NCBI GenBank assembly: GCA_022574295.1 | Contig: JACZSJ010000001.1 | Coordinates: forward strand, 786 to 64,785 | Origin: Pseudomonadota bacterium | Lineage (GTDB): Bacteria; Pseudomonadota; Gammaproteobacteria; Eutrophobiales; Eutrophobiaceae | DNA: 64,000 nucleotides | Reading direction: 5' to 3' | Shown: positions 41,377 through 51,257 of the stretch, piece after piece | Layout: every line of letters begins with the position of its first letter | Position numbering within the stretch: position 1 is the stretch's first letter | Made by a program: the position numbers and the translations under genes | The notes under the pieces: generated by a model | The model's input: the letters and a program-made list of their open reading frames with translations, nothing else | The model's database searches: none | What the model was told of the DNA's origin: nothing

Positions 41377-43032
41377 TTATGTACAAGGTTGTACGATGAT
41401 GTTGCCATTACCATGTTCAACGATTTCATCATCATCGATCTTGAAATTACCTAGTTTAACGGTCATATAACGGTCAAAATATTTTTTTAATGATTTTTCA
41501 ATACTCTTGTCATAATCAGGTCTTAGGGTATGAGTACCACCAGTGACTACCTTGACAATTTTGCCGTTTTTGACAATTTCTTCTCCGTTCTTAAAGACAT
41601 ACAGTGGTTTTTCAAACATTTTTTCTTTATTCTTTATATTGTTATACACAGTAATATCTGCAATGGCACCACCGCCCAGGTGGCCTCTGTTTTTTAATCC
41701 TAAACTGCGAGCTGGTGCCGCACGTGTCATGGTCGCGATTTCATAAAGTGTGTATTCGCGGTCAATACTACTTAATATACTTGCAGCAGCAGCACCTTTG
41801 TTGATTGTCGCCAGCATGTCATTTCTGAAACTACGATCCATTAGCAATCGGATTAAATGGGGATAGCTTGTAAATGGTGCACCATTTGGATGATCGGTTG
41901 TCAGGAAAATTCGCCATGGGTCATTGATTAATAAAAAGAGTTCAAGGCCGATTGCCCATTGCAAGGCATTAACAAAATTCTTGTCTCGATATTTAAATGG
42001 GACAACACCACAGCCCGCATCACATTCAATATCCATGATCACCCACTTTTTCGGGTGAGCATGCCAGTGACCTGCATATTGACGCATAGTATCACCTGAT
42101 GCAGTAACGGTTTGTCCAAACAATACCTGACCTACATCGATAGAAATATTCGGATTTGAGTTTACAGCTTCAGCAATTTCCGCAGCCCCTGATGAAAACT
42201 TTCGGTCACCTTCAGTACCATAACTATGAAATTGGACATGGGTTAAATGTAATGGCATACCTTCAACTGCACGTATAGTATCTAATGTTGTGTGCATATT
42301 GCCTGGAACACCGAGATTACAACCATGTAAATGCAGAGGGTGGGGGACACCTAACTCGCGAACTGCACGTGCAAGTGATTTTATGATCTCACGAGGGGAG
42401 ACACCATAATGTTCATTCTGTTCATCCAGATCTAACTTACGTTGATTAAATTTAAAGGCATTGATGCCGCCAGGGTTTACAACTTTAATCGCTATTGCCT
42501 GTGTAGCATTGATTATCCAGCCCACGTAATCACTAATAGCTTCACGATCTTTTTTCGCAGTTAGCATACGCAGGAAAAAGTCATCACTACCCAACATGGC
42601 ATAGGCGCCTTTATCAACCATTGGTGTATCTGCCATTTCCATGTGTGCCTGACGTGCATTTGAAGGTAGCATGGCAGGTTCAAAACAGGCCGTATAACCC
42701 ATTTCCGCATATCGATATCCTGCAGTAAGTGTTGATGGTGCAGCATGGCCACACCCTGAACGTGTCAGTTTTGTTTTACTTACAAGGTCTGCCCGATGAT
42801 CTTCGGGCAACATCATACGTGCAATATTTACCTTGCCACCACCAATATGAGTGTGGATATCAATTGCACCAGCCATAATTATTTTGCCATTAAGATCATA
42901 TGTCTTATCAATCTTTATTGAAGAGGCAGGTTTTCTCGTGATGTAGCCATCCTGTAGATAAATATCTCTCTTTTCACCATTAATACCATGCACAGGATCG
43001 TAGACAGTGCCACCAGATAATTTAATTAACAT
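41377..43032 (-). CDS. fhcA: Formylmethanofuran dehydrogenase subunit A homolog (amidohydrolase; FhcA)
   Basis: 551-aa FwdA-like amidohydrolase with a metal-binding HxH motif (DIHTHIGG). Confidence 0.85.
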   Translation of the reverse strand: MLIKLSGGTVYDPVHGINGEKRDIYLQDGYITRKPASSIKIDKTYDLNGKIIMAGAIDIHTHIGGGKVNIARMMLPEDHRADLVSKTKLTRSGCGHAAPSTLTAGYRYAEMGYTACFEPAMLPSNARQAHMEMADTPMVDKGAYAMLGSDDFFLRMLTAKKDREAISDYVGWIINATQAIAIKVVNPGGINAFKFNQRKLDLDEQNEHYGVSPREIIKSLARAVRELGVPHPLHLHGCNLGVPGNMHTTLDTIRAVEGMPLHLTHVQFHSYGTEGDRKFSSGAAEIAEAVNSNPNISIDVGQVLFGQTVTASGDTMRQYAGHWHAHPKKWVIMDIECDAGCGVVPFKYRDKNFVNALQWAIGLELFLLINDPWRIFLTTDHPNGAPFTSYPHLIRLLMDRSFRNDMLATINKGAAAASILSSIDREYTLYEIATMTRAAPARSLGLKNRGHLGGGAIADITVYNNIKNKEKMFEKPLYVFKNGEEIVKNGKIVKVVTGGTHTLRPDYDKSIEKSLKKYFDRYMTVKLGNFKIDDDEIVEHGNGNIIVQPCT

Positions 43033-43046
43033 AATTCAATGATTCC

Positions 43047-44318
43047 CTAAATCAATTCAATAATGCGATTTAATATGTCGCTAACACTCATATATTTTGA
43101 ATCGCGTAATTTTTTTAGAGGGAGTGAAACAACGTTATCTGTTCGGATTAATTGGCCCGAATGATCAATGCCAGGTGTCGCAACAGGGATAAACACATCA
43201 GGTTTAAAATCCAGTTTTGCCTCAGGGGTGGCAAGTACAACGGTTGGTATCTTCGCTTTTGGCGGCCTTGTATTTGAACTAAAGCTGGAAATCCACATCA
43301 ATGCATCAACTTCTTTATTTTTCAGTAAACTTTTGGTTGAATTTCTACCGACATCGTGTCTTGGAAAACCTTTACTAAAATTTACACGTAATGGAAAGCC
43401 ACTTTGCCATGCACTTACATTATTTGCACTCATTGCTCCATCAGCACCAGCCAGGGTAAATCCGGCAAAACGCGTCGTTCTGGTCAGATATTTAACCAAT
43501 TCACAAATACTTTGAATGGTTAATTCGGCATGTGGAAAATTTAATTCGCCAGGTGCCCAGACAATAACACCGTATTTTGCTTCTTGCATTTGTTTGGCGA
43601 GTTTCAGTAATGTTGCAAGACTAATTCCTGCAATTTTTGGTGTCTGTATTATGTTGCCAGCAATGATGGCATGCAAAACCGAAATTATTTCATTGATTTC
43701 TTCCTGTTCACACTTTAATACCGTAGGTAATTTTCCTTCGGGGCTTCTTCCTGTTGAAGTTTTCAACTTATCACCTATATAAACAATCTTCCTTTTTTTT
43801 ATATTTCTGAATAATGAGTTTTTATTCCATATGACACGCTCGAAAAAGCGTGGATAATTTGATGCGTCAGTTCCCGCAAAGATAATAAAATCTGCCCGGT
43901 TTTTTATTTCTGCCATGGTCGTCATCACCCAGCCAAGGTCTTGTAATACCAGTGTGTTTCTGATCACACCATCACTATGCATATGATCGATCGTCGCACC
44001 TATATTATCGGCAAGATGCATAACAGAACGCATGCCTCCAATATCTGTGCCCAATCCAGCAATTAATGGTGCAGATGATTGTTTCAGGATTGTGGCTGCA
44101 GCCTTAATAGCCTTATCGATAGAGCAGGATTTACCTTTCAGAGCGGGGGTACTATCAGGCAGTGGTTGTGCGAAATGCGCTTTCACTTTGGCGCAGCCAT
44201 TCTCTTTCACTGTTAATTTGCTGTCCTTGTTCTGAATGACTAAATCATCACAGATAAGACTGCAAAATGGACAAGGAACTTCATTCAGCACAATTGTCTG
44301 ATGTGTTTTTGTTTTCAT
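43047..44318 (-). CDS. fhcB: Formylmethanofuran dehydrogenase subunit B homolog lacking the active-site Cys (FhcB)
   Basis: Has the N-terminal Fe-S Cys motif (CPFCSLICDD). At the position aligned to the catalytic Cys-His it has IDHMHSDG, so no Cys. This is consistent with the non-redox Fhc hydrolase complex. Confidence 0.75.
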   Translation of the reverse strand: MKTKTHQTIVLNEVPCPFCSLICDDLVIQNKDSKLTVKENGCAKVKAHFAQPLPDSTPALKGKSCSIDKAIKAAATILKQSSAPLIAGLGTDIGGMRSVMHLADNIGATIDHMHSDGVIRNTLVLQDLGWVMTTMAEIKNRADFIIFAGTDASNYPRFFERVIWNKNSLFRNIKKRKIVYIGDKLKTSTGRSPEGKLPTVLKCEQEEINEIISVLHAIIAGNIIQTPKIAGISLATLLKLAKQMQEAKYGVIVWAPGELNFPHAELTIQSICELVKYLTRTTRFAGFTLAGADGAMSANNVSAWQSGFPLRVNFSKGFPRHDVGRNSTKSLLKNKEVDALMWISSFSSNTRPPKAKIPTVVLATPEAKLDFKPDVFIPVATPGIDHSGQLIRTDNVVSLPLKKLRDSKYMSVSDILNRIIELI

Positions 44319-44330
44319 AGCGAAAGTAAT

Positions 44331-44368
44331 TACTGACTTAAAATTATTGTACTGACTTAAAATTATTA
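44331..44368. repeat. 19-bp tandem direct repeat in the fhcB leader
   Basis: TACTGACTTAAAATTATTG repeated twice, back to back, 13-51 nt upstream of the fhcB start codon. Confidence 0.7.
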
Positions 44369-44608
44369 ATGGCTAAGATACAGCCATTCCAGGTATTTTC
44401 CTGCAATCGTTCAACTAGTCTAGAAAATTAAGGTCCCGAAGGGATAGAGGTATGCGTAACTCATTGTATTTATTATGTATTTAAACAGATCTGCCACCAT
44501 CAATTTCATAGATGGCAATAATATACACTATTAGAAACAATCTGTAAGCTGGTAATTATGCCGGATATTTTTGCAATTTCTGCATTATATAAGGAATAAA
44601 TTTCTTGC

Positions 44609-46000
44609 CTAATTCAGTAGTTCCAGCATTTCTTTGACGTAGGTTATTTTTTCTCGTGGTTTACCCTTCGCTTGACCACGCTCGACTTCAGTGGCATCAA
44701 TTGATTTCCATTCCTGATAATTTATATACCTCACATTTCGTGAATCCAGTAGCGAATAAAGCGTTTCAGCCCCAGCTTTCTGGTCACCCGAATCAAGTGT
44801 ATCGAGATCGGCGAGAAGAGAATTTACCGTTGCAACACTGCAGGCACGATTTGTGCCGATGATGCCGCTGGGGCCTCGTTTGATCCAGCCGGCAGTATAG
44901 AACTGTGGCACTATTTCGTCATTCTCCGTGATGCGGCCATCGTCGTTTGGAAAAACACCCCAGCCGTCATGAAAAGGGACGCCTTGCATTGGAATACCAC
45001 GATAGCCAATGCTGCGAAACAGGATACCGGTTTCCAGTTCATAGAATTTACCTGAGCCCCGTGCAGATTGCTTAAAAGGGTCACCTGAAAGTTGATTGTG
45101 TTCGATCCTGACTCTCTCCAGTTTTGAGTCTCCTAATAATTCAACCGGACTCCTGAGAAACTGGAAATGGCATCGACGTGCCTTCCTTGATGATGCCGGG
45201 CCCGATATAGCCCGGGATGAATATTTCTGGAATAAGTCATAAATCTTTTTACTGCCGATATTCGATTTTTCTTCCAGTTCTATATGACTGGCTTTATTCA
45301 ATTCCAGTTCTGTTGAGTCAACAACCGCATCGCAATGTTCTAGTTCACCAAATTCGCGCAGTTCTTTCGGTGTAAATTTGGCTTGTGCAGGACCACGTCG
45401 GCCGATGACATAAATATCTTTAATCTTGCTTTCTGCTAGTACATCCAGCGCGTGTTCGGCGATATCGGTATGTTTCAATTCATCAACTGTCTTGGACAGG
45501 ATTCGGGCAACATCGGCGGCGACATTGCCCTGGCCGATAATCACAGCAACTTCATTGGATAAATCGAATTGTCGATCACGATAATCAGGATGACCGTTAT
45601 ACCAGGCAACAAATTCAGTTGCTGTATAACTACCAGCCAGATCTTCACCGGGGATACCCAATCTACGGTCTGATTCTGCACCACAGGTAAATATAATTGC
45701 ATGGTGGGAATCGCGCAGTTCGTCAACGCTAATGTCCTTGCCCACCGTGATATTGGCAATCAGATTAAATTCAGGTGATTGTGCTATTTTATCGTAAAGT
45801 AAGATCGCCTGTTTTAGTTTTGGATGATCAGGTGCGACGCCACTTCTCACCAGGCCATAAGGGGAAGGGAGACGTTCCAGCATATCAACCTTGATATCAA
45901 TATCAGATTTAATAAGTGCTTCTGCCGCATAAAATCCACTTGGGCCGCTGCCAACGATGGCAACACGCAAGGGATTTTGTTCACTGCCGAGTTGAGCCAT
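44609..46000 (-). CDS. fprA: FprA-type NADPH:ferredoxin (adrenodoxin-reductase-like) oxidoreductase
   Basis: 463 aa with N-terminal VAIVGSGPSGFYAA..MLERLPSPYGLVRSGVAPDHPK, matching the FprA / adrenodoxin reductase / GltD family. Confidence 0.75.
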   Translation of the reverse strand: MAQLGSEQNPLRVAIVGSGPSGFYAAEALIKSDIDIKVDMLERLPSPYGLVRSGVAPDHPKLKQAILLYDKIAQSPEFNLIANITVGKDISVDELRDSHHAIIFTCGAESDRRLGIPGEDLAGSYTATEFVAWYNGHPDYRDRQFDLSNEVAVIIGQGNVAADVARILSKTVDELKHTDIAEHALDVLAESKIKDIYVIGRRGPAQAKFTPKELREFGELEHCDAVVDSTELELNKASHIELEEKSNIGSKKIYDLFQKYSSRAISGPASSRKARRCHFQFLRSPVELLGDSKLERVRIEHNQLSGDPFKQSARGSGKFYELETGILFRSIGYRGIPMQGVPFHDGWGVFPNDDGRITENDEIVPQFYTAGWIKRGPSGIIGTNRACSVATVNSLLADLDTLDSGDQKAGAETLYSLLDSRNVRYINYQEWKSIDATEVERGQAKGKPREKITYVKEMLELLN

Positions 46001-46060
46001 TAAAAATATCTCCCACTGGGAATTATGTAATAAAATTATGCAATGATTATTAACGAATCA

Positions 46061-46369
46061 TTAGAAACCAAGTTCCGTCTTACGTTCCTCAGCGCCCGGT
46101 AATGGATCCATTTGCTCATCACAAACAGGGAGATCAGGTGCTCGTTCAGCATTAATGGCAATCCATTCTTCCTTGCCTTCAGCAACAATATCATCATCCT
46201 CAAAGATTGCTTGTACAGGGCATTCAGGGATACAGGCACTGCAATCAATGCATACATCAGGATCGATATACAACATTTCATCATCAAAATGAAAACAGGC
46301 GACAGGACAGACAGTGACACAATCTGTGAAACGACAGGATTTACAATTATCAGTTACTATAGTTGTCAT
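46061..46369 (-). CDS. fdxA: 7Fe ferredoxin ([3Fe-4S][4Fe-4S], FdxA type)
   Basis: 102 aa with CKSCRFTDCVTVCPV and CIDCSACIPECP motifs. Immediately upstream of fprA on the same strand. Confidence 0.85.
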   Translation of the reverse strand: MTTIVTDNCKSCRFTDCVTVCPVACFHFDDEMLYIDPDVCIDCSACIPECPVQAIFEDDDIVAEGKEEWIAINAERAPDLPVCDEQMDPLPGAEERKTELGF

Positions 46370-46413
46370 AATATTGACCTCCCCAAAGGTTTTAGGCCCC
46401 TTTAATAAAAGAG

Positions 46414-47226
46414 TTACTCGTTTGCGTATAAAAGAATTTCACCTTTGTTTAATTCGATGGCATCACCAATCCAGCGTTTGTAGTTGCCATTTATTTGTTC
46501 ATCAGAGACTTCCATGCCGAGTTTTCTGATATAAGATAAATACATTCGTAAGTAGGTCGGATTATAGGTACAGACATAACTAAATGTTGGAATCATTGGT
46601 GCATGATGCATTGATATTATGGTTCCTCGCTTCATGCTGGCACCATTACGGATCCCCATTTCGCCAAGTACAATAATTGTTCCGGCAAGCATATTAACAC
46701 CGGTAAAGTCACCCGTGTTTCCACCAATAGCAATCAACCCACCACGCATTGTATTGCCCGTCTCATTTTTTACGTCGCCATGAATAATTATTTCACCACC
46801 TTGCATGCCGATGGGGCTGCCTCGATAGGCGCTACCAATTAAATGTCCAGCATTACCTTTGATAGTAATCTTGCCTCCCGTCATTTCCGGGGCAACCCAG
46901 TCATGCGCATTGCCTTCAACAACGATCTCGCCACCACTCATGCAGGCGCCCAGATGTTGGCCAACATCACCTTCGATGATCATCTTGCCAATCGTCATTT
47001 CAGAACCAAGGTGTTTAACATTGGCTAAATCACCTTCGAGTTGTATTTCACCATCACATTGCCCCTTCACGGTAAAAAAATCTCCAAGTGCCGTTTGGTC
47101 ATTACCATGGAAAACAGTCAAGGCCGCGATTGCAGTTTCATTCACACCATTTAATTTATCGGGACAGATAACATCTGCCTCGAGTGGTACGTCAGGTTTT
47201 GTATGTAATGAAAGTTTTAAACTCAT
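46414..47226 (-). CDS. fwdC: Formylmethanofuran dehydrogenase subunit C (second copy)
   Basis: 270 aa with Gly-rich repeats (IVVEGNAHD..ITIKGNAG..IIIHGDV). 4-nt overlap with ftr. Confidence 0.8.
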   Translation of the reverse strand: MSLKLSLHTKPDVPLEADVICPDKLNGVNETAIAALTVFHGNDQTALGDFFTVKGQCDGEIQLEGDLANVKHLGSEMTIGKMIIEGDVGQHLGACMSGGEIVVEGNAHDWVAPEMTGGKITIKGNAGHLIGSAYRGSPIGMQGGEIIIHGDVKNETGNTMRGGLIAIGGNTGDFTGVNMLAGTIIVLGEMGIRNGASMKRGTIISMHHAPMIPTFSYVCTYNPTYLRMYLSYIRKLGMEVSDEQINGNYKRWIGDAIELNKGEILLYANE

Positions 47227-48134
47227 GACTGGTTGCTTGCTTCCCTTGCTTCCAGAATTTTATTCAAATGCAGATGGTATTGGCCTAAATTGCCCCCATA
47301 ATTACCCGCAGATAATTGCTTGATACCTGGTTTTGCAGCGGCATGTAAACCAACATGCATCGCCTCAGCAACAGCTTCTTCGCTCAAGCCATCAATCACA
47401 ATTTCCAGTACACAATTGACACCTTCTGGCACCAGTGATTCGCTGGACACGGTACGCAGAGTCGGGCAATAAGCATCATTGCTTGATGCAATGAGTGCTT
47501 TATATTTTGAACCGACCTTACTACCACTGCGTACAACGCCATTCGGGAAAGGCAGAATGACCCCGTCAATTTCTCGCATGGCTTTTGTTGCTGCCGTTGC
47601 TGCTCTCAATGTAGTTTTTTGATCTTTACCTAAAATCAGAATATTGCCACCACCGACGGCATCCTGGATACCGAAGCGTTCATCAACGACAAATTCGCCA
47701 TCCATCACCGGGATACGCCATAGCCGTTGTTTCCCCAATACCTTGCTGCTTTGATGGCCATCACCGAAGTAACGTAATTGTCCACCAACAATGGCTGTTG
47801 TGTCAGATTCAAGACCATTAAAGCAAGCCGTTGTTGGGCAGGTCATGACACATTGGCCAACACGTTCCATCAGGCGCTTTCCCAATCCATCGGCATCCAT
47901 TGCAAAAATCAGGACGCTGATGCCGGGCCTGTTATCCGGTGTCTCATCCGCTGATAATTCTTTTTCTATGCCTGCTTCGCATTTACATCCAATCACCGAG
48001 GTGGCAAAGCCAGTGATGGATTGTGCTGCTGCCATTGCCCATTGTTTTGATTCAGCCGTGATAATGATCCGACTGCCACTCATTTTGAATGCTTCAGCAA
48101 AGGTATCAACGATTTCGGTAGACTTGATTTTCAT
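47223..48134 (-). CDS. ftr: Formylmethanofuran--tetrahydromethanopterin N-formyltransferase (second copy)
   Basis: Ftr family (MKIKSTEIVDTFAEAFKMSGSRIIITA). Start trimmed to the internal Met, giving about 303 aa. Confidence 0.85.
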   Translation of the reverse strand: MKIKSTEIVDTFAEAFKMSGSRIIITAESKQWAMAAAQSITGFATSVIGCKCEAGIEKELSADETPDNRPGISVLIFAMDADGLGKRLMERVGQCVMTCPTTACFNGLESDTTAIVGGQLRYFGDGHQSSKVLGKQRLWRIPVMDGEFVVDERFGIQDAVGGGNILILGKDQKTTLRAATAATKAMREIDGVILPFPNGVVRSGSKVGSKYKALIASSNDAYCPTLRTVSSESLVPEGVNCVLEIVIDGLSEEAVAEAMHVGLHAAAKPGIKQLSAGNYGGNLGQYHLHLNKILEAREASNQS

Positions 48135-48147
48135 CAGTATTCGCCAG

Positions 48148-49788
48148 TCATCTATCATTTGCCGTTGGTACGATCTCATGATCATGTAAATAGCTATCAC
48201 TAACCGCATAGTTATCAAATTCAATGGTATAATAATTTTCGAAGAAAGGCTGAACGACTTCCTCGATCTTTTCGTCATACGCCGGTGTGATATGCAGGAT
48301 CTTTCCGTCATGGTCACCACAAAATTCATGATTAGCAATAATGGCCTTGCCAGATTTAATTACATATCGAGGGGCATTGAACATCATTTCCTTGTCATCC
48401 ATTTCATCATAGATAGTGATGTCGGCATCTGCACCTGGCCCCAGATGCCCCTTGTGCTTCAACCCTAATGCTTTGGCAGGCCCTGCGCGTGTAATGATAG
48501 TAATCTCATATAATGTGTATTCGCGATCCAGATCGTTGAGTGCTGTTTTGGCAATTGCTTTTTGATTGACGCGCGAAATTTCTTCCTGTCTAAACCCTCT
48601 GTCCATGAGCAATTTAATGAGCTTGGGATAAAGCATAAATGATCCACCATTCGGATGGTCTGTTGACAAAATGACTCGCCATGGATCTTTTGACATCAGG
48701 AACAATTCAAGCCCGATGGCCCATTGTAATGTGTGCATATAGATATGTTCCTGATAACTGAATGGAAGAATGCCGCAACCACTTTCACATTCTGTATCTA
48801 CATTTACCCATTTGCTGTTTGTTAATCCACGCAAGACATAAGCCAGTGGTGCATCCGCTGTCATAATAGTTGCCTTACCAAACATGACCTGGCCGACATC
48901 GCAGGTGATATTTGGATGTGTGTTGACATATTCAATAATTTCGGCGGCTTTTGAATCCGGATTTTTACCCAATTCTCCACCATAGCTGTGAAACTGGATG
49001 TGGGCCAGATGTGCGCGCTGATCGCCGGCAGTGCGCATGGTCTCCAATGTTGTTTTGTAGTTGCCACTGTGACCGAGATTATTACAGTGAATATGGGCCG
49101 GGTGAGGGAAGCCCATATCATTCACCGTGGTGATAAATGCTTCAATGATTTGTCTGGGTGAAAGACCGTCAAATTTCTCATCAATATTGGAGACATTTGA
49201 ATTTTTTTTGCCTTTCCAGGGTTCATCTCCGCCCGGGTTGACCAGTTTAACTGTGTAAGCCTTAGTTGAATTTACCCACCAGGCGACGGCTTGTCTGAAC
49301 TCTTCTTTTCTTCCTTCTCTTAATAAATTTTGCAGAAAAATATTATTACCAAGCAAGACGTAAAAACCTTTATCAATGATAGGAGTGTCATGAAATTCTT
49401 CAAGCGTGTGTCTTGCACCAATGGGAGTTACTGCGGCTTCCATGGCAGTGGTATAACCTAATGTCGCATAGCGATAACCGGTTGCAAATGTTGAGGGGAC
49501 AGTTCCCCCGGTGCCAGAACGAGTGAAGGGTGTGCCCGGATGGGGATCTCGACGATGATCTTCCGGTTGTAATTTACGTGCTGCGTTTACTTTAGGGCCG
49601 GCAATGTGGCAGTGGATATCGACACCACCGGGCATGACGACCATGCCCTGTGCATCGATGCGTGTTGCATCGTCGGAGACGGAATCAACAATTCGGCCAT
49701 CTTCGATACAGATGTCCTGGACTTTCCCATCAATATTGTTAATGGGATCATAAAGTTTGCCATTAACAATGCGCAGTGTTGCCGCCAT
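48148..49788 (-). CDS. fwdA: Formylmethanofuran dehydrogenase subunit A (second copy; amidohydrolase)
   Basis: 546-aa FwdA-like protein (DIHCHIAG). Confidence 0.85.
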   Translation of the reverse strand: MAATLRIVNGKLYDPINNIDGKVQDICIEDGRIVDSVSDDATRIDAQGMVVMPGGVDIHCHIAGPKVNAARKLQPEDHRRDPHPGTPFTRSGTGGTVPSTFATGYRYATLGYTTAMEAAVTPIGARHTLEEFHDTPIIDKGFYVLLGNNIFLQNLLREGRKEEFRQAVAWWVNSTKAYTVKLVNPGGDEPWKGKKNSNVSNIDEKFDGLSPRQIIEAFITTVNDMGFPHPAHIHCNNLGHSGNYKTTLETMRTAGDQRAHLAHIQFHSYGGELGKNPDSKAAEIIEYVNTHPNITCDVGQVMFGKATIMTADAPLAYVLRGLTNSKWVNVDTECESGCGILPFSYQEHIYMHTLQWAIGLELFLMSKDPWRVILSTDHPNGGSFMLYPKLIKLLMDRGFRQEEISRVNQKAIAKTALNDLDREYTLYEITIITRAGPAKALGLKHKGHLGPGADADITIYDEMDDKEMMFNAPRYVIKSGKAIIANHEFCGDHDGKILHITPAYDEKIEEVVQPFFENYYTIEFDNYAVSDSYLHDHEIVPTANDR

Positions 49789-49878
49789 TTCTCTCCCTTA
49801 TTTTATGCTTGTTCTTCTTTTATTGTTCTACAGGTTAATATTATTTTTCTTACTTTATCTTTTTCATGCAACCCTGGT

Positions 49879-51228
49879 TTATGCGACCCTGGCTTCGCCA
49901 ACGGCTATCTTGATGCCTTGTTTTGCCCAAACAAGTTCCTGAACACGTTTTTTTATTGCCGTTAAAATCTCTTCATCATCAGGATAGGGTGAGTCGAACG
50001 CTGATCGCATGGTAATGGGGACATCATCCATGCGATAAACGGTTCCACCCGTGTTAATCCCATAAGTCGATGTGGCAAAAGCAACATGAGCAAGGTTGCT
50101 AGTCTCTGTCTGTTTGGTGTCAAGCGATATTACCGGAATTTTCTTCATGTGTTCGATCGCCACTTTGGGGAAATTAGAAGCCGGGTCACTGGCAATAAAC
50201 ATGGCAGCATCGGCATCTCCTCTTGAGAGAGTGTCGACGGTGGTAAATTCGCCGGGATTGAATCTCGGATAACCCCGATTGAAATTGACCCCAAAAGGAT
50301 AACCTGTTTGCCAGGAGAGGACATTATCGGCACCAGTAACATTACCATGTCCTCTGACGGGTTTGGTGACAAAATGGGTAAATTCATTTAAATCGGTTGT
50401 CAGCGCCATTATTGCACCGGAATTAAAATGACGACCACGGGTCATGGTTAATCCCATGCCAAAAAACAGGACGCCATAACGACAATTTTTCATTTTATCG
50501 ACTAGGTCTTCCAGCGTTGCTAATGACACACCGGTCTCTTCTTCGATCGAAGGATCAATATTTTTGCCTTTCACGAGTGCACGCAAAGCCCAGAGGACTT
50601 CAAAATCTTTACCAGGCTTGACCTGAATAAATAAGTCCGCTACCGGGGCACTGGGTGTTTTTCTGATATCGACCAAGACAACGGTCCTGTCTTTGCGCCC
50701 GTTTGGTATAAACATGCCTTTCGGTGTGACTGTATAGCGTGTGAAGTGACGTGGATGGGATGCAGCGGGATTACCTCCCCAATAAATCACCAGATCGGCG
50801 CGATTTTTAACTTCACCCAATGACATGGTGCTTTCACCAACACCCTGGAATGCCAGACCGCTTGGCCCATGGCAGACTGATGTCGTTGTATCAATCGTGC
50901 CTCTGATAATATCGCTGATTGCGACAGCCTGGCGCTGGGCCTCGCAAGTAGTGTCACTCAGACCATAGATGATAGGGAATTTTGCTTTGACCAGGGTTTG
51001 TGCGGTTTCTTCAATGGCTTCCTCTTTGCTCACTTCTTTACCATCGATCATGGCAACGGGCCAATCGCCAATGGTATGTTCAGCAAACCAGGCGCGGCCT
51101 AAAACACAGGCATTTTTTGCTTTGATGATCCGTTTTTCATCCAAATCGACAGTGAGTTCCATGTCATCGCAGACACAGCCGCAAAATGTACAGGTTGCAT
51201 TTTTAACAATCTTTATATTCTCACTCAT
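49879..51228 (-). CDS. fwdB: Formylmethanofuran dehydrogenase subunit B with a conserved Cys-His active-site motif (molybdo/tungstopterin subunit)
   Basis: N-terminal Fe-S Cys cluster (CTFCGCVCDD). Contains TSVCHGPSG (Cys119-His120), which matches the V-(U/C)-H-G-P-S active-site motif of formate dehydrogenases and bona fide FwdB. Confidence 0.8.
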   Translation of the reverse strand: MSENIKIVKNATCTFCGCVCDDMELTVDLDEKRIIKAKNACVLGRAWFAEHTIGDWPVAMIDGKEVSKEEAIEETAQTLVKAKFPIIYGLSDTTCEAQRQAVAISDIIRGTIDTTTSVCHGPSGLAFQGVGESTMSLGEVKNRADLVIYWGGNPAASHPRHFTRYTVTPKGMFIPNGRKDRTVVLVDIRKTPSAPVADLFIQVKPGKDFEVLWALRALVKGKNIDPSIEEETGVSLATLEDLVDKMKNCRYGVLFFGMGLTMTRGRHFNSGAIMALTTDLNEFTHFVTKPVRGHGNVTGADNVLSWQTGYPFGVNFNRGYPRFNPGEFTTVDTLSRGDADAAMFIASDPASNFPKVAIEHMKKIPVISLDTKQTETSNLAHVAFATSTYGINTGGTVYRMDDVPITMRSAFDSPYPDDEEILTAIKKRVQELVWAKQGIKIAVGEARVA

Positions 51229-51257
51229 TACTATTCTGGCCTCATGTATCAGAATTT

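Noticed and set aside
41371-41395. TTTTATGTACAAGGTTGTACG resembling the first module of the intergenic repeat element
   Set aside because: It falls in the coding 3' end of fhcA (it translates as ..IIVQPCT*). The similarity is limited to a roughly 20-nt TGTACA-N-TGTAC pattern, and the rest of the element is absent.
46036-46320. 94-aa ORF overlapping the ferredoxin gene in another frame
   Set aside because: The co-located frame (46061-46369) encodes a canonical 7Fe ferredoxin with both Cys clusters, so the alternative frame is an artefact.
47223-48338. 371-aa version of the second ftr ORF
   Set aside because: The Ftr homology begins at the internal Met (MKIKSTEIVD). The upstream 68 codons read through the fwdA 3' region in another frame, so the start was trimmed to 48134.
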